This document shows, piece by piece, positions 51,022-61,113 of a stretch of DNA of 64,000 bases. How positions within the stretch are numbered: the stretch's first letter is position 1; each line of letters opens with the position of its first letter. The translations under genes and the position numbers were made by a program. The notes under the pieces were generated by a model that did no database searches, was not told the origin of the DNA, and saw nothing but the letters and a program-made list of their open reading frames with translations. Source of the DNA: Bacteroidota bacterium (GTDB taxonomy: Bacteria > Bacteroidota > Bacteroidia > AKYH767-A > OLB10). The DNA is taken from contig JANOAX010000059.1 of assembly GCA_031411335.1 (NCBI GenBank), forward strand, positions 3,071 through 67,070, read 5' to 3'.

Positions 51022-51603
51022 TCATCTAAACCGATACTGCAATCCCACATTTAAAAGAGGTACAAATTGGTCGATAATTAAGAAAAACCCATTCGCCGAA
51101 CCAATTCCTGCACCCAATTGAATTTCGAAGTTTTTTACTGCTTTAATCTTCACACCAAAACCAGCAGCATTTTCAATTACCAAGCGAGTATGATTTGCAG
51201 TATATCCAAGTGCATGCTCTACAGTAAAAACTTCATACCCGTAAAAGTAAGTTTGAAAAAAGGGTACTACTGGGCCTTTCACTTGATTATAAGTATACAT
51301 ATATCCAAACATTGCACCTCTACTTTCTTGCTCTAAAGGAGAAACTGAATATACTAATGTATTACTCTTAATTTGTGTTAAGCACGGACCCATTATAAAT
51401 GCGCTGTTTTTGTAAGTAAAAACTATCGCAGGAATACTATGAACATTAGGATAGTTGTAATGATAACTTATATTCAATCCAATCCCCATTTTTTTTGAAA
51501 CGGGAACAGAATCGAGCGATATTTCATCACCATTAAAATTTGAACATGATATCGCAGGCACACCAAGTAAAAACAGGAAGAAAATAATAATTCCTTTTAA
51601 CAT
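51022..51603 (-). CDS. Hypothetical small outer-membrane beta-barrel-like lipoprotein
   Basis: 193 aa. The signal peptide carries a Cys (AISCS). Alternating aromatic and Gly-rich strands run to the C-terminus, which ends GLQYRFR. Confidence 0.45.
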   Translation of the reverse strand: MLKGIIIFFLFLLGVPAISCSNFNGDEISLDSVPVSKKMGIGLNISYHYNYPNVHSIPAIVFTYKNSAFIMGPCLTQIKSNTLVYSVSPLEQESRGAMFGYMYTYNQVKGPVVPFFQTYFYGYEVFTVEHALGYTANHTRLVIENAAGFGVKIKAVKNFEIQLGAGIGSANGFFLIIDQFVPLLNVGLQYRFR

Positions 51604-51633
51604 TTTCGTTCATGAAAAGGTTAAGTTCACGTC

Positions 51634-53943
51634 TTACGTTTTCGCAGTTCGACTATCGGATTTAACATCCGACTTGATACTGGACTTTTGCTCCGCTTCT
51701 CTTGATTGTGCATCCACCACCGCAATGGTTACCATGTTTACAATTTCACGCACAGAGGAACCGAGTTGTAAAATATGTACTGGCTTTTTTAATCCGAGAA
51801 TGATGGGTCCGATGGCTTCGGCGCCTCCACGTGTTTGCATCAATTTGTAAGCAATGTTACCAGCATCTAAACTTGGAAAGATAAGTGTATTGGCTCCCTG
51901 CTCTGCTAAATCGCTAAATGGGTAATTGTCTTTTAACATCTGCGGATTAAAAGCAATGTTCGCTTGGATTTCTCCATCCACTAATAAATCAGGATACTTT
52001 GCATGTAAAATTTCTACGGCTCTGCGCATCTTCAATGCACTTGGGGTATTGGATGAACCGAAGTTAGAATACGACAACAACGCAATGCGTGGCTTAATAT
52101 TAAATTGACGTACAGCCCTCGCCGTTAGTAAAGTGATTTCTACAATGTCTTCGGAGGTAGGATCGATGTTGATGGTGGTATCGGCAAAGAAAATGGGACC
52201 ATCTTTCGTAATCAAAATATACATCCCCGCTACTTTACCTACATGCGCTTCGGTTCCAATGATGCGAAGTGCAGGTTTAATGGTATCCACATAATTACGT
52301 GTAAGACCAGAAATAAGCGCATCGGCTTGTCCGGTTTCTACCATCATGGCGCCATAGTAATTGCGCTCTTGCATCATCTTCTTCGCTTCATACATCGTAA
52401 AACCACGACGCATTCTCTTCTCGAAAAACAATTTACCAAACTCTTCTAAGGTCTGACTCTCTTCGCGCGGATCAATGACTTGAATATTGTCTAAACGCAA
52501 TTGATGTTCGTCAATAAGCGCTTGAATTTTCTTTTTATTTCCAAGTAAGATAGGCTGAGCGATTCCTTCCTCTTTTACAATTTGAGCCGTCTTTAAAATT
52601 TTGTACGTATCAGCATCAGCAAAAACTACACGCTTTGGATTCTGTTTCGCTTTATTCGTAATTACACGAATTAATTTATTGTCGAGACCTAATCGCTTCT
52701 TCAAATCATTCTCATACTTATCCCAATCGGTGATGGGCTTTTGTGCTACACCCGATTCGATAGCTGCTCGAGCTACCGCAGGCGCCACAGTATGAATTAA
52801 ACGAGGATCTAAAGGCTTTGGAATAATATAATCTTTTCCGAAAGTAATATTCTTTTTGTTGTACGCTAAGTTCACCAATTCGGGAACAGGCTCCTTTGCT
52901 AATTGTGCAATAGCATGCACAGCCGCCAACTTCATCGCTTCGTTAATTTGTGTAGCTCGCACATCTAAAGCCCCTCTGAAGATGAAAGGGAAGCCGATTA
53001 CATTATTCACCTGGTTGGGATAATCACTGCGCCCTGTGGCCATGATAATATCGGGACGAGCAGCAATGGCATCGTCGTACATGATTTCCGGATCCGGATT
53101 CGCCATCGCAAAAACGATGGGATCAGCAGCCATGCTTCTCAAGTGATTTCCGTTGATGATATTTCCCTTTGACAAACCGATGAACACATCCGCATTTACA
53201 AATGCTTCCTCCAATGTGTTAATATCGCGATGAGTAGCAAAACGAATTTTGTGTACATCCAAATTATCACGGTCATGACGAATCACTCCCGTGCTATCGA
53301 GCATAATAATATTTTCAAGTTTAGCACCTAAAGAAACAAATAACGATGTACACGAAATAGCAGAAGCTCCGGCACCGTTCACTACGATTTGGACTTCTTC
53401 AATTTTCTTTCCTGAAATTTCAAGTGCGTTAATTAATGCAGCTCCCGAAATGATAGCCGTTCCATGCTGATCATCGTGCATCACTGGAATTTTCAATTCC
53501 TCTTTTAGTCGGCGTTCAATTTCAAAACACTCAGGCGCTTTAATATCTTCTAAATTGATTCCGCCAAAAGTGGGTGAAATCGCTTTCACTGTTTTTACAA
53601 AATCATCCACATTCGTTTGATCAATTTCAATGTCGAACACATCGATATCCGCAAAAATTTTGAAAAGTAAACCCTTCCCTTCCATTACGGGCTTCGACGC
53701 TTCGGGTCCAATATTTCCGAGACCCAATACTGCGGTTCCATTCGAAATTACCGCTACTAAATTTCCTTTTGCAGTGTATTTATAAACGTCTTCTGGATTC
53801 TTTTCAATTTCCAAACAAGGCTCCGCAACGCCGGGTGAATAGGCTAATGCTAAATCGCGTTGAGTGCTGTATGGTTTACTTGGAATTACTTCAATCTTCC
53901 CTGGTCGACCTGACGAATGATAATCTAATGCTTCTTGATTCAT
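51634..53943 (-). CDS. maeB: NADP-dependent malic enzyme (malic enzyme + phosphotransacetylase-like C-terminal domain)
   Basis: 769 aa. [49 protein letters not shown] and the PTA-like C-terminal half are present. Confidence 0.92.
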   Translation of the reverse strand: MNQEALDYHSSGRPGKIEVIPSKPYSTQRDLALAYSPGVAEPCLEIEKNPEDVYKYTAKGNLVAVISNGTAVLGLGNIGPEASKPVMEGKGLLFKIFADIDVFDIEIDQTNVDDFVKTVKAISPTFGGINLEDIKAPECFEIERRLKEELKIPVMHDDQHGTAIISGAALINALEISGKKIEEVQIVVNGAGASAISCTSLFVSLGAKLENIIMLDSTGVIRHDRDNLDVHKIRFATHRDINTLEEAFVNADVFIGLSKGNIINGNHLRSMAADPIVFAMANPDPEIMYDDAIAARPDIIMATGRSDYPNQVNNVIGFPFIFRGALDVRATQINEAMKLAAVHAIAQLAKEPVPELVNLAYNKKNITFGKDYIIPKPLDPRLIHTVAPAVARAAIESGVAQKPITDWDKYENDLKKRLGLDNKLIRVITNKAKQNPKRVVFADADTYKILKTAQIVKEEGIAQPILLGNKKKIQALIDEHQLRLDNIQVIDPREESQTLEEFGKLFFEKRMRRGFTMYEAKKMMQERNYYGAMMVETGQADALISGLTRNYVDTIKPALRIIGTEAHVGKVAGMYILITKDGPIFFADTTINIDPTSEDIVEITLLTARAVRQFNIKPRIALLSYSNFGSSNTPSALKMRRAVEILHAKYPDLLVDGEIQANIAFNPQMLKDNYPFSDLAEQGANTLIFPSLDAGNIAYKLMQTRGGAEAIGPIILGLKKPVHILQLGSSVREIVNMVTIAVVDAQSREAEQKSSIKSDVKSDSRTAKT

Positions 53944-54057
53944 TGCTTTATTTTAACGAATTAAACTCTCTGAAATTATGTTGAGTCGAATTACTTACGG
54001 CTCACATAAATTCAATCCTTGTACACTATCTAAAATCAATAAATAAAAATTCCTATA

Positions 54058-54082
54058 AAATAGAAAAGGGACAAACGTCCCT
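54058..54082 (-). terminator. Intrinsic terminator downstream of the 54107-54835 gene
   Basis: On the minus strand, AGGGAC-gttt-GTCCCT is followed by TTTTCTATTTT. Confidence 0.6.
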
Positions 54083-54106
54083 CTTCTCATCATTTATTTC
54101 AAGTGA

Positions 54107-54835
54107 TTAACGGTGATTCACCACTAAACGACTTGTATCTTTTACTTTTCCGTTCGAAATATAGGAAACCATATACATGCCCGACTTCAAATCGGAAGTA
54201 GTTAAAACCAAGGCTCCAGATTTTCCTGGGATATCCATCGTTTTCATTTTAGTACCCAACATATTAAATACAATTAAGCGATCCGAATTGTCTGTTGATT
54301 TCAAGTTGTAATTAAATACGGTAAATGCATCAGCAGGATTTTGCAATGGCTTTGACAAACCAAATGCCTCATCATTTTCACCTAGTGAAGTAGTAATATC
54401 CCAAGCTAAATCTACACCGATAGAATCAGAAATATTATCTGTATCAAAAATACGATAGTGAATCGAAGCTGATCCAAAAACTCCCGTAGGATTTAAAGAT
54501 GCTTTAAATGAATTATCAACTGAATTAGCCAAGATGGTATCAAGGCCATTAGACATTGCTGTTCCTGGAGGGTAACATAATCCTGTAGTTGCACCGTAGC
54601 AGAAAAACTCAAATTGCCCAGACTGGATGTAATTAATAATTCTTTCAATACGTACTCTTTTGAGAGAGTTTGAAGTATTGGAGATAGCCACATGAGATTC
54701 AACAGGTGTCCAAGGATCAGAACTCACTGATACTGGGGTAATGTTGCTTAAAGTAAAAGTTTGTGCAACGGCACTACTTAAACTTCCCAACACGACTGCT
54801 GATAATAAGACAAGAGTAAATTTTTTCATACGCAT
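54107..54835 (-). CDS. Hypothetical secreted protein with T9SS type A-like sorting domain
   Basis: The start was trimmed to MRMKKFTLVLLSAVVLGSLSSAVAQ. C-terminus LIVFNMLGTKMKTMDI ... GMYMVSYISNGKVKDTSRLVVNHR. Confidence 0.6.
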   Translation of the reverse strand: MRMKKFTLVLLSAVVLGSLSSAVAQTFTLSNITPVSVSSDPWTPVESHVAISNTSNSLKRVRIERIINYIQSGQFEFFCYGATTGLCYPPGTAMSNGLDTILANSVDNSFKASLNPTGVFGSASIHYRIFDTDNISDSIGVDLAWDITTSLGENDEAFGLSKPLQNPADAFTVFNYNLKSTDNSDRLIVFNMLGTKMKTMDIPGKSGALVLTTSDLKSGMYMVSYISNGKVKDTSRLVVNHR

Positions 54836-54926
54836 TTTATATTGTTTGCTTTGGAGGGTTAAAGATAATAAAATCTTCTCAATACCTAGCAATACCCATC
54901 TTGAAATCTGACAATTCGATTGCAAA

Positions 54927-56366
54927 TCAGTTCATTTTATACACTTTAGATGTTTTCTGGCTTGTCTCACCTTGTGCATATAAAAAGTAAATTCCATCAC
55001 TCAACTTACTGATATCAAATGATTTGATATAATTTTTATCGCCATCTTCATGAAAGATCAATTGACCAGTAACATCAAACAAATTCCATGATTTCACCAA
55101 AAAATTAGTTTTCACAGAAAACTTTCCGTGCGTAGGGTTTGGAAGCACGACCACCTCCTCTTCAGGAAAACCATCACTTTCAGGCAGTGAAGTAAGTCCA
55201 GCATCATCGATATGCAGTAAGTAAAAATCTTCGTCTGCATTTGTTCGACGACCTGCCACATAATATCCTCCACCCAAGGCGGGAGTTATGTTATAACCAA
55301 TATCGATTCCATTGCCGCCATACTCTTTCACAAACTGTAAATTTCCTAATGAATCGGTGCGCACCACGGCTAAATTCAGCGGTTGAGTTCCATTCGAAAA
55401 ACTATTCGAATAACCGCAACCTATCAAATCGCCATTGGGTGTTTCAACCACATCAAAAAGGGCATCTGTACCTACTCCACCAAATACATTTTCTCTCAAA
55501 AAATCACCCATCTCATCAAACATATAATAGAAGAAATCGAATGGTGAAAATGTTGCAATTTCCGTTTCACCATAAACAACATACACTCCTGAACTAGCTT
55601 GCATCAACCCTTGGCAACCATTCTGAAATAAGTCACCGTGAACGTTTGCAAAATTCAATCCTCCAGAATTATTCAATCCGAAAAGTTGGACATCATAACC
55701 TCCATTTCCGACACTTCTTGTATCGGATGATAATACATAATTTAGGTTTCCCGATTCAATAATTTTCATTCCATAATCGTTATCCAAGGCGGCATAAGCC
55801 GTGTCCCAAACCTGATCACCATTAGCATCCAATTTCAAAACATACACATCATTTGTTCCTGAAGCATCCGTAGTTGAACCGCACAGCATGTACATACCAT
55901 CGCTTGTTTTCTCCACATATCTACAACTTTGATTTCCGGGACCGCCATAATTTTTTCTCCACAATTCTTGCCCAGCACTATCCACCTTAATCACTAAAAT
56001 TTCCTGTTCTAAAGGACCAGTTGTGGCGGTTAATCCAACCAAAATCAGATCAAAAGAATCAGCCAAATTCATATAAAGACCAAAATCTACATCAGGAGTA
56101 CCGTAATATTTCGTCCAAAGGAGGTCACCATGAGGGCTTAACTTAGAAAGGGCGAAATCCTCAGCTTGTGTACTTGTATTAGTTGAATAACCAAATAGAT
56201 AGACACTACTGTCGGGATTTTGTTTAACGGCAAAAGCGATATCTACTCCAGTTTGTCCAAACGATTTTTCAAAAAAAGGAACTTGTGAAAATGCAGAATG
56301 ATAGCTCATCAGCAAAAAAAACAATAGAAAGCCCAGGAAATGGTTTTTGAATTCAATCTTTTTCAT
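54927..56366 (-). CDS. Secreted beta-propeller-like repeat protein with T9SS type A sorting domain
   Basis: Repeating G.T.S....D..L.KL...G...W unit (DFALSKLSPHGDLLWTKYYG, ILVIKVDSAGQELWRKNYGG, VYVLKLDANGDQVWDTAY). C-terminus VVVLPNPTHGKFSVKT ... GIYFLYAQGETSQKTSKVYKMN. Confidence 0.65.
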   Translation of the reverse strand: MKKIEFKNHFLGFLLFFLLMSYHSAFSQVPFFEKSFGQTGVDIAFAVKQNPDSSVYLFGYSTNTSTQAEDFALSKLSPHGDLLWTKYYGTPDVDFGLYMNLADSFDLILVGLTATTGPLEQEILVIKVDSAGQELWRKNYGGPGNQSCRYVEKTSDGMYMLCGSTTDASGTNDVYVLKLDANGDQVWDTAYAALDNDYGMKIIESGNLNYVLSSDTRSVGNGGYDVQLFGLNNSGGLNFANVHGDLFQNGCQGLMQASSGVYVVYGETEIATFSPFDFFYYMFDEMGDFLRENVFGGVGTDALFDVVETPNGDLIGCGYSNSFSNGTQPLNLAVVRTDSLGNLQFVKEYGGNGIDIGYNITPALGGGYYVAGRRTNADEDFYLLHIDDAGLTSLPESDGFPEEEVVVLPNPTHGKFSVKTNFLVKSWNLFDVTGQLIFHEDGDKNYIKSFDISKLSDGIYFLYAQGETSQKTSKVYKMN

Positions 56367-56507
56367 AATATTGTACTATTATTATAAGAATTGTCATTAT
56401 TCTTAGTGCTCCTTGTAAAAAGCATTGATTCAATGATTAATTCCTTACTTTTATTCATTCATTAAAATTAATTCTCAAAATTAACTAAAACATATTAAAA
56501 CCGAACA

Positions 56508-58370
56508 ATGAAAAAACTTTACACACTTGCTCTAGCAATGTTGGTTGGTGCTGCAGTAAATGCACAATCGCAACGTTTAACATTATTAGAAGAATTCACT
56601 CAAGCATCTTGTGGGCCTTGTGCTTCTCAAAATCCTGCTTTGAATACATTGCTTTCTGGCAATGAATCTAAAACCGTTTCTATTAAATATCAAACCAACT
56701 GGCCAGGTGTTGACCCAATGAACACACAAACTCAAACATGGGTAGGTCCACGTGTCACTTATTATGCGGTTGGTGGTGTTCCAAATATTCAATTTGATGG
56801 TTTAGTAGTTTCAGGAGCTCCTAATGCATTAAGTCAAACATCAATTAACAATCGTTATGCGGTATCTTCACCGTTTGATGTAGTAGTTACTCATGCTTAC
56901 AATGCTACTTACGACTCAATCAATATCAGTGTTGAAGTTACCTGCACGCAAGCAGCATCTGGAGCTTTAGTTCTACATACTGTATTAGTAGAAAAAGAAA
57001 TTACTTTCTGTGTAGCTCCAGGTTCTAACGGCGAAACAGAATTCTATTCTATAATGCGCAAAATGCTTCCTTCTGCTACTGGAACTACGCTCCCTACTGC
57101 TTGGACTGTTGGACAAACACAAAATTTCCAATTCACAACATCTGTACCTACCTATGTTTATGATAAAAAGGAGTTAGCTATCATTGCTTTCATCCAAAAC
57201 AACACGAACAAAGATGTACTACAAACAGGAATCAGTCAGCCTTTGGCCATTCCTTTAGATGGATCCATCATTGCCTGTGGAAACTCTTCACTTACTTGTG
57301 TGGGTACTTATTCTCCAACGGTTGAATTGACAAACTATGGAACTTCTACATTAACTACTGCTGATCTGTCTTATACTATAGCTGGAAACACGTTAACATA
57401 TACTTGGAATGGTTCTTTAGCTAGTGGCGCATCAACTACAATTTCTCTTCCTTCAGTTACTTTAAATGGCGGAACAAATACATTCACTTGCAACTTAACT
57501 AGTGTTAACGGATCAACAGATTTTGTAGCAAACAATAACACTTACTCTGCTACTATTATTTACAACAACACTGCTGGTGTTGCTGCTCCTGTTACAGAAG
57601 GTTTTGTTGCTGCGACATTCCCGCCAACAAACTGGTTAAGAATTAACGGTGGAAACGCTGCAGCAACTTGGACAAGAAATGCAGTGGGTACCACTGCCAA
57701 TAACGGTTCTAGCAAGATGGATTATTACAATAGTCCTAATGCTGACGTAGATGATTTAATGACTCCAAAGTTTGATTTAAGTACTGCTATTTCTCCAACT
57801 TTCTCTTTCTCATTAGCGAAAGCTGGTTATACAGGATATACTGACTTACTTGAAGTGATGGTATCAGCAGATTGTGGAGCAACTTGGACAACGGAGTGGA
57901 CCCAATCGGATCCAACACTTTTAACTGCTGGATACTTGACAACAGCATTCACTCCAATCTCTGGTAGTACTACACAATGGCGCACTGAAACTTTCAGTCT
58001 CAATGCTTATGTTGGTCAACCAGAAGTTTTAGTAAAGTTCAAAGCAACTTCAGGATTCGGAAACAACCTTTATATTGATGATGTAAATTTATCAGTTGCC
58101 GTTGGGGTGAATGAGAATTCTCTTGATCAACAAATCAGTCTATTCCCAATCCCAAGTACTGGTGATGTATTCTTAAACTTAAGTGCAGTAAAAGATAATA
58201 TGGTTCGCATTTCTATTAACGATGTTACTGGAAAAACCATTGAGACTTACACAACTGCAAAGAGCAATCAACATAAGGTTGTAATGAACACGTTACAAGA
58301 TGGAACTTACTTCATTCAAATTGATGCGGATTCACAACGCATCATTAAGAAAGTAGTTTTAACCAAATAA
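56508..58370 (+). CDS. Omp28-related thioredoxin-fold (CGPC) + choice-of-anchor-J-like protein with T9SS type A sorting domain
   Basis: Signal peptide present. LLEEFTQASCGPCASQNP carries the canonical CGPC motif. The middle region EGF..ATFPPTNW ... DLMTPKFDL ... DCGATWT ... FGNNLYIDDVNL is choice-of-anchor J-like. C-terminus ISLFPIPSTGDVFLNL ... GTYFIQIDADSQRIIKKVVLTK. Confidence 0.7.
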   Translation: MKKLYTLALAMLVGAAVNAQSQRLTLLEEFTQASCGPCASQNPALNTLLSGNESKTVSIKYQTNWPGVDPMNTQTQTWVGPRVTYYAVGGVPNIQFDGLVVSGAPNALSQTSINNRYAVSSPFDVVVTHAYNATYDSINISVEVTCTQAASGALVLHTVLVEKEITFCVAPGSNGETEFYSIMRKMLPSATGTTLPTAWTVGQTQNFQFTTSVPTYVYDKKELAIIAFIQNNTNKDVLQTGISQPLAIPLDGSIIACGNSSLTCVGTYSPTVELTNYGTSTLTTADLSYTIAGNTLTYTWNGSLASGASTTISLPSVTLNGGTNTFTCNLTSVNGSTDFVANNNTYSATIIYNNTAGVAAPVTEGFVAATFPPTNWLRINGGNAAATWTRNAVGTTANNGSSKMDYYNSPNADVDDLMTPKFDLSTAISPTFSFSLAKAGYTGYTDLLEVMVSADCGATWTTEWTQSDPTLLTAGYLTTAFTPISGSTTQWRTETFSLNAYVGQPEVLVKFKATSGFGNNLYIDDVNLSVAVGVNENSLDQQISLFPIPSTGDVFLNLSAVKDNMVRISINDVTGKTIETYTTAKSNQHKVVMNTLQDGTYFIQIDADSQRIIKKVVLTK

Positions 58371-58393
58371 AAATATCTAATCAATCAATGCTA

Positions 58394-58422
58394 GGGAATC
58401 GGTACTACCGGTTCCCTTTTTT
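58394..58422 (+). terminator. Intrinsic terminator
   Basis: GGGAATCGGT (58394-58403) pairs with ACCGGTTCCC (58407-58416) with one mismatch, followed by T6. Confidence 0.65.
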
Positions 58423-58589
58423 ATTTGGGTATCACTAAAAACCTCGGCACTTCGTTTTACAAAATTTTCAAATCCTCATTTACTCTTGGTAATCTCCGGT
58501 GTTGCCTCGTCTGCGAGATTTTTAGAGATACCTATTTTCCTTAGTGACGCTTCCATGAAGCCCAAAAATTATGTTTTCTTTCCCTCCAA

Positions 58590-58605
58590 TAATTTTGTAC
58601 TTTTG
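58590..58605 (+). promoter_or_regulatory. Candidate Bacteroidota -7 promoter boxes (TAATTTTG and TACTTTTG)
   Basis: Two adjacent matches to TAnnTTTG lie 26-35 nt upstream of the tlpA-like start. Confidence 0.35.
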
Positions 58606-58631
58606 ATATTCTAAAAATCTAAACATACAGT

Positions 58632-59132
58632 ATGAAAAATTTATGGCTCGTTGTCGCTTCCCTTTTTATTTTCAATTTCAGTATTGCACAAGACAACAAA
58701 ACAGATATTGCTTCTGTCACCATTAAAGACATTGATGGCAAACCTTTCAACACGGCAGATATTAAAAATGAAGGCAAACCCATCATCATTGATTTTTGGG
58801 CTACTTGGTGCAAGCCTTGTATTGCTTCGTTAAAAGATATGAATGAGTCGTACGTCGATTGGCAGAAAGAAACGGGAGTAAAAATTTATGCTATTTCAAT
58901 TGATGATTCCAGAACGATGAGTTCGGTAGCACCATTTGTCGCTGGTAAAGGTTGGGAATTTGATGTTTTATTAGATCCTAATTCTGATTTTAGAAGAGCG
59001 ATGAACGTAAATAATGTACCGCACACCTTTTTAATTGATGGATCAGGAAAAATTGTGATGCAAAGAAATACCTATTCTCCTGGAGACGACGAAAAGATGT
59101 ACGAAGAAATTAAAAAGTTAACTGCAAAATAA
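58632..59132 (+). CDS. TlpA/ResA-family periplasmic thiol:disulfide oxidoreductase
   Basis: 166 aa with a signal peptide. IIIDFWATWCKPC carries a CxxC motif. VKIYAISIDD and NVPHTFLIDGSGKIV are also present. Confidence 0.85.
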   Translation: MKNLWLVVASLFIFNFSIAQDNKTDIASVTIKDIDGKPFNTADIKNEGKPIIIDFWATWCKPCIASLKDMNESYVDWQKETGVKIYAISIDDSRTMSSVAPFVAGKGWEFDVLLDPNSDFRRAMNVNNVPHTFLIDGSGKIVMQRNTYSPGDDEKMYEEIKKLTAK

Positions 59133-59416
59133 TAAAGTATTTATATTGTATAAGGGGGCCTAAAGCTCCCTTTTTTTATGACTAAACCTAGTGGTTGACT
59201 CTACCCAAACATTCCATTAAACCCATATATAAATTGTCAATAACCCATATAATGCAATAGAAAAAATCTATTGCATTATTGATGTAGAAATCGCAAAAAG
59301 CGATTACACAACAGGATTATCCCTGACAAAAACTTCGTATTCGTCAGCCCAAAGGGCAAATTATGCTATTGCATAATTTGGGATAAAGATATTTGCCCTA
59401 TTTTAGCTCCTCCAAT

Positions 59417-61063
59417 ATGAAATCAATGTCAATACTGCCCATCCGCAAAGTAATCGGAACTGCAATCTTACTCTTCATCAGTTATCATGCACAATCTCAA
59501 CAGGGGCTAGCTCCAAGTAATTTTTCGGGATACTTTGAAGCCAACGGACAGTATTATCAAGCAGACTCTGCTATTGATGCTCCTGAAGTTCGCGAGAAAT
59601 ATCTCAACAACGGCTTTATGGTTTTAAATTACAATAACGGGAATCTTTCTGCAGGAATTCGTTACGAGAGTTACTTGAATACACTCTTGGGTTTTGATCC
59701 TAGCTATAAAGGAAATGGTATTACGAATCGTTATGTAAGTTATTCCAATGATTTTATTACTGTAACTGCAGGTAATTTTTACGAGCAGTTTGGAAGCGGA
59801 TTAGTTTTTCGCTCCTATTGGGAACCCAATCTGGGATTAGATAATTCCTTAGATGGATTGAAAGTAGTTTTGCGCCCCAGAAATGGAATTACTTTTAAAG
59901 GAGTGATTGGTCGACAAAGAGATTTCTTCACCTATCCTGAAAATGTGGTGAGAGGTATTGATGGCGAAATTCAAATTAACGATGCGCTAGAACAATTTGC
60001 GAATTCAAAACTTCGTATAGGCGTGGGCGGTAGTTTCGTAAGTAAGTATCAAAAAGACGACAAACCTTCATTAATCCTTCCTGAAAATGTGGGTGCCTAT
60101 GGAGGAAGAATCAATCTGCGCTATGGAAAGCTTGCCTTTGATGCTGAATATGCTTACAAAATTAATGATCCATCTCAAGCCAATTTATTTACCTACAATA
60201 CAGGTGAAGCTTTATTCACAAATCTAACTTACACGCAAAAAGGGTTAGGAATTCGTTTAAGTGGAAAGCGCGTTTCCAATATGGATTACCGCAGCGACCG
60301 TAGTGTGACAGGAACACGTTTACAAATAAATTATTTACCAGCGGTTAATCGTCAACAAACGTATCGTTTAGCGACGTTGTATCCATTTGCAACACAGTCG
60401 TTGGGTGAGATGGGTGGATCGTCTGAGATTTATTACAACTTCAAACCGAAGTCGACGCTGGGGGGAGAATACGGAACTACCCTCATGATGAACTATGCCG
60501 CGGTGAGCGATATAGATCGTAAAAATTTAGATGATACCTTAGGATACACTTCTGAGTTTTTCTCAGTAGGCGATGATCGTTATTATCAGGAAGTAACTTT
60601 TGAAGTGACTAAAAAAATATCCAAGAAAAGCAAAGTAATTGTAAGCTACCTCTATCAAATTTACGACCGCGAAAAAATCGAAGGAAAAGTAAATGAGAAA
60701 CAAGTTACCTCCCATCTCGGCGTGATTGAATACACCTACAAGTTTAGTTCTACTAATAGCATTCGATTTGATGTTGAGCATTTGTCAACGGAGCAAGATC
60801 GAGGTAATTGGGCTATGTTTTTGGTGGAATTTAATATGGCTCCTCACTGGACCCTCACCGCTTTCGACGAATGGAACTATGGCAATAAAGACAGCAAAAA
60901 GCAGTTTCATTATTACAATGGAAGTATCAATTATGTAAAAGATGGAACACGCATTAGTCTGTCATGGGCACGTCAACGCGCGGGACTCCTTTGTGTAGGT
61001 GGTGTGTGTCGATTTGTTCCCGCGAGCAACGGACTATCCCTTACTGTTTCCAGTAGATTCTAA
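59417..61063 (+). CDS. Predicted outer-membrane beta-barrel protein (DUF6029-like from memory)
   Basis: The start was trimmed to the ATG at 59417 (MKSMSILPIRKVIGTAILLFISYHAQSQ). About 548 aa with an alternating-strand pattern. The C-terminus ends LSLTVSSRF, with a terminal Phe. Confidence 0.6.
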   Translation: MKSMSILPIRKVIGTAILLFISYHAQSQQGLAPSNFSGYFEANGQYYQADSAIDAPEVREKYLNNGFMVLNYNNGNLSAGIRYESYLNTLLGFDPSYKGNGITNRYVSYSNDFITVTAGNFYEQFGSGLVFRSYWEPNLGLDNSLDGLKVVLRPRNGITFKGVIGRQRDFFTYPENVVRGIDGEIQINDALEQFANSKLRIGVGGSFVSKYQKDDKPSLILPENVGAYGGRINLRYGKLAFDAEYAYKINDPSQANLFTYNTGEALFTNLTYTQKGLGIRLSGKRVSNMDYRSDRSVTGTRLQINYLPAVNRQQTYRLATLYPFATQSLGEMGGSSEIYYNFKPKSTLGGEYGTTLMMNYAAVSDIDRKNLDDTLGYTSEFFSVGDDRYYQEVTFEVTKKISKKSKVIVSYLYQIYDREKIEGKVNEKQVTSHLGVIEYTYKFSSTNSIRFDVEHLSTEQDRGNWAMFLVEFNMAPHWTLTAFDEWNYGNKDSKKQFHYYNGSINYVKDGTRISLSWARQRAGLLCVGGVCRFVPASNGLSLTVSSRF

Positions 61064-61087
61064 TTGCATATCCCAAAAAATTATCCT

Positions 61088-61095
61088 TACCTTTG
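61088..61095 (+). promoter_or_regulatory. Candidate -7 box TACCTTTG, with TTG at 61064-61066
   Basis: It matches TAnnTTTG 19 nt upstream of the ATG at 61114. A TTG lies 21 bp upstream of the box, consistent with Bacteroidota sigma-A-type promoters. Confidence 0.35.
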
Positions 61096-61113
61096 AGTTA
61101 ACAGCATATCAAC

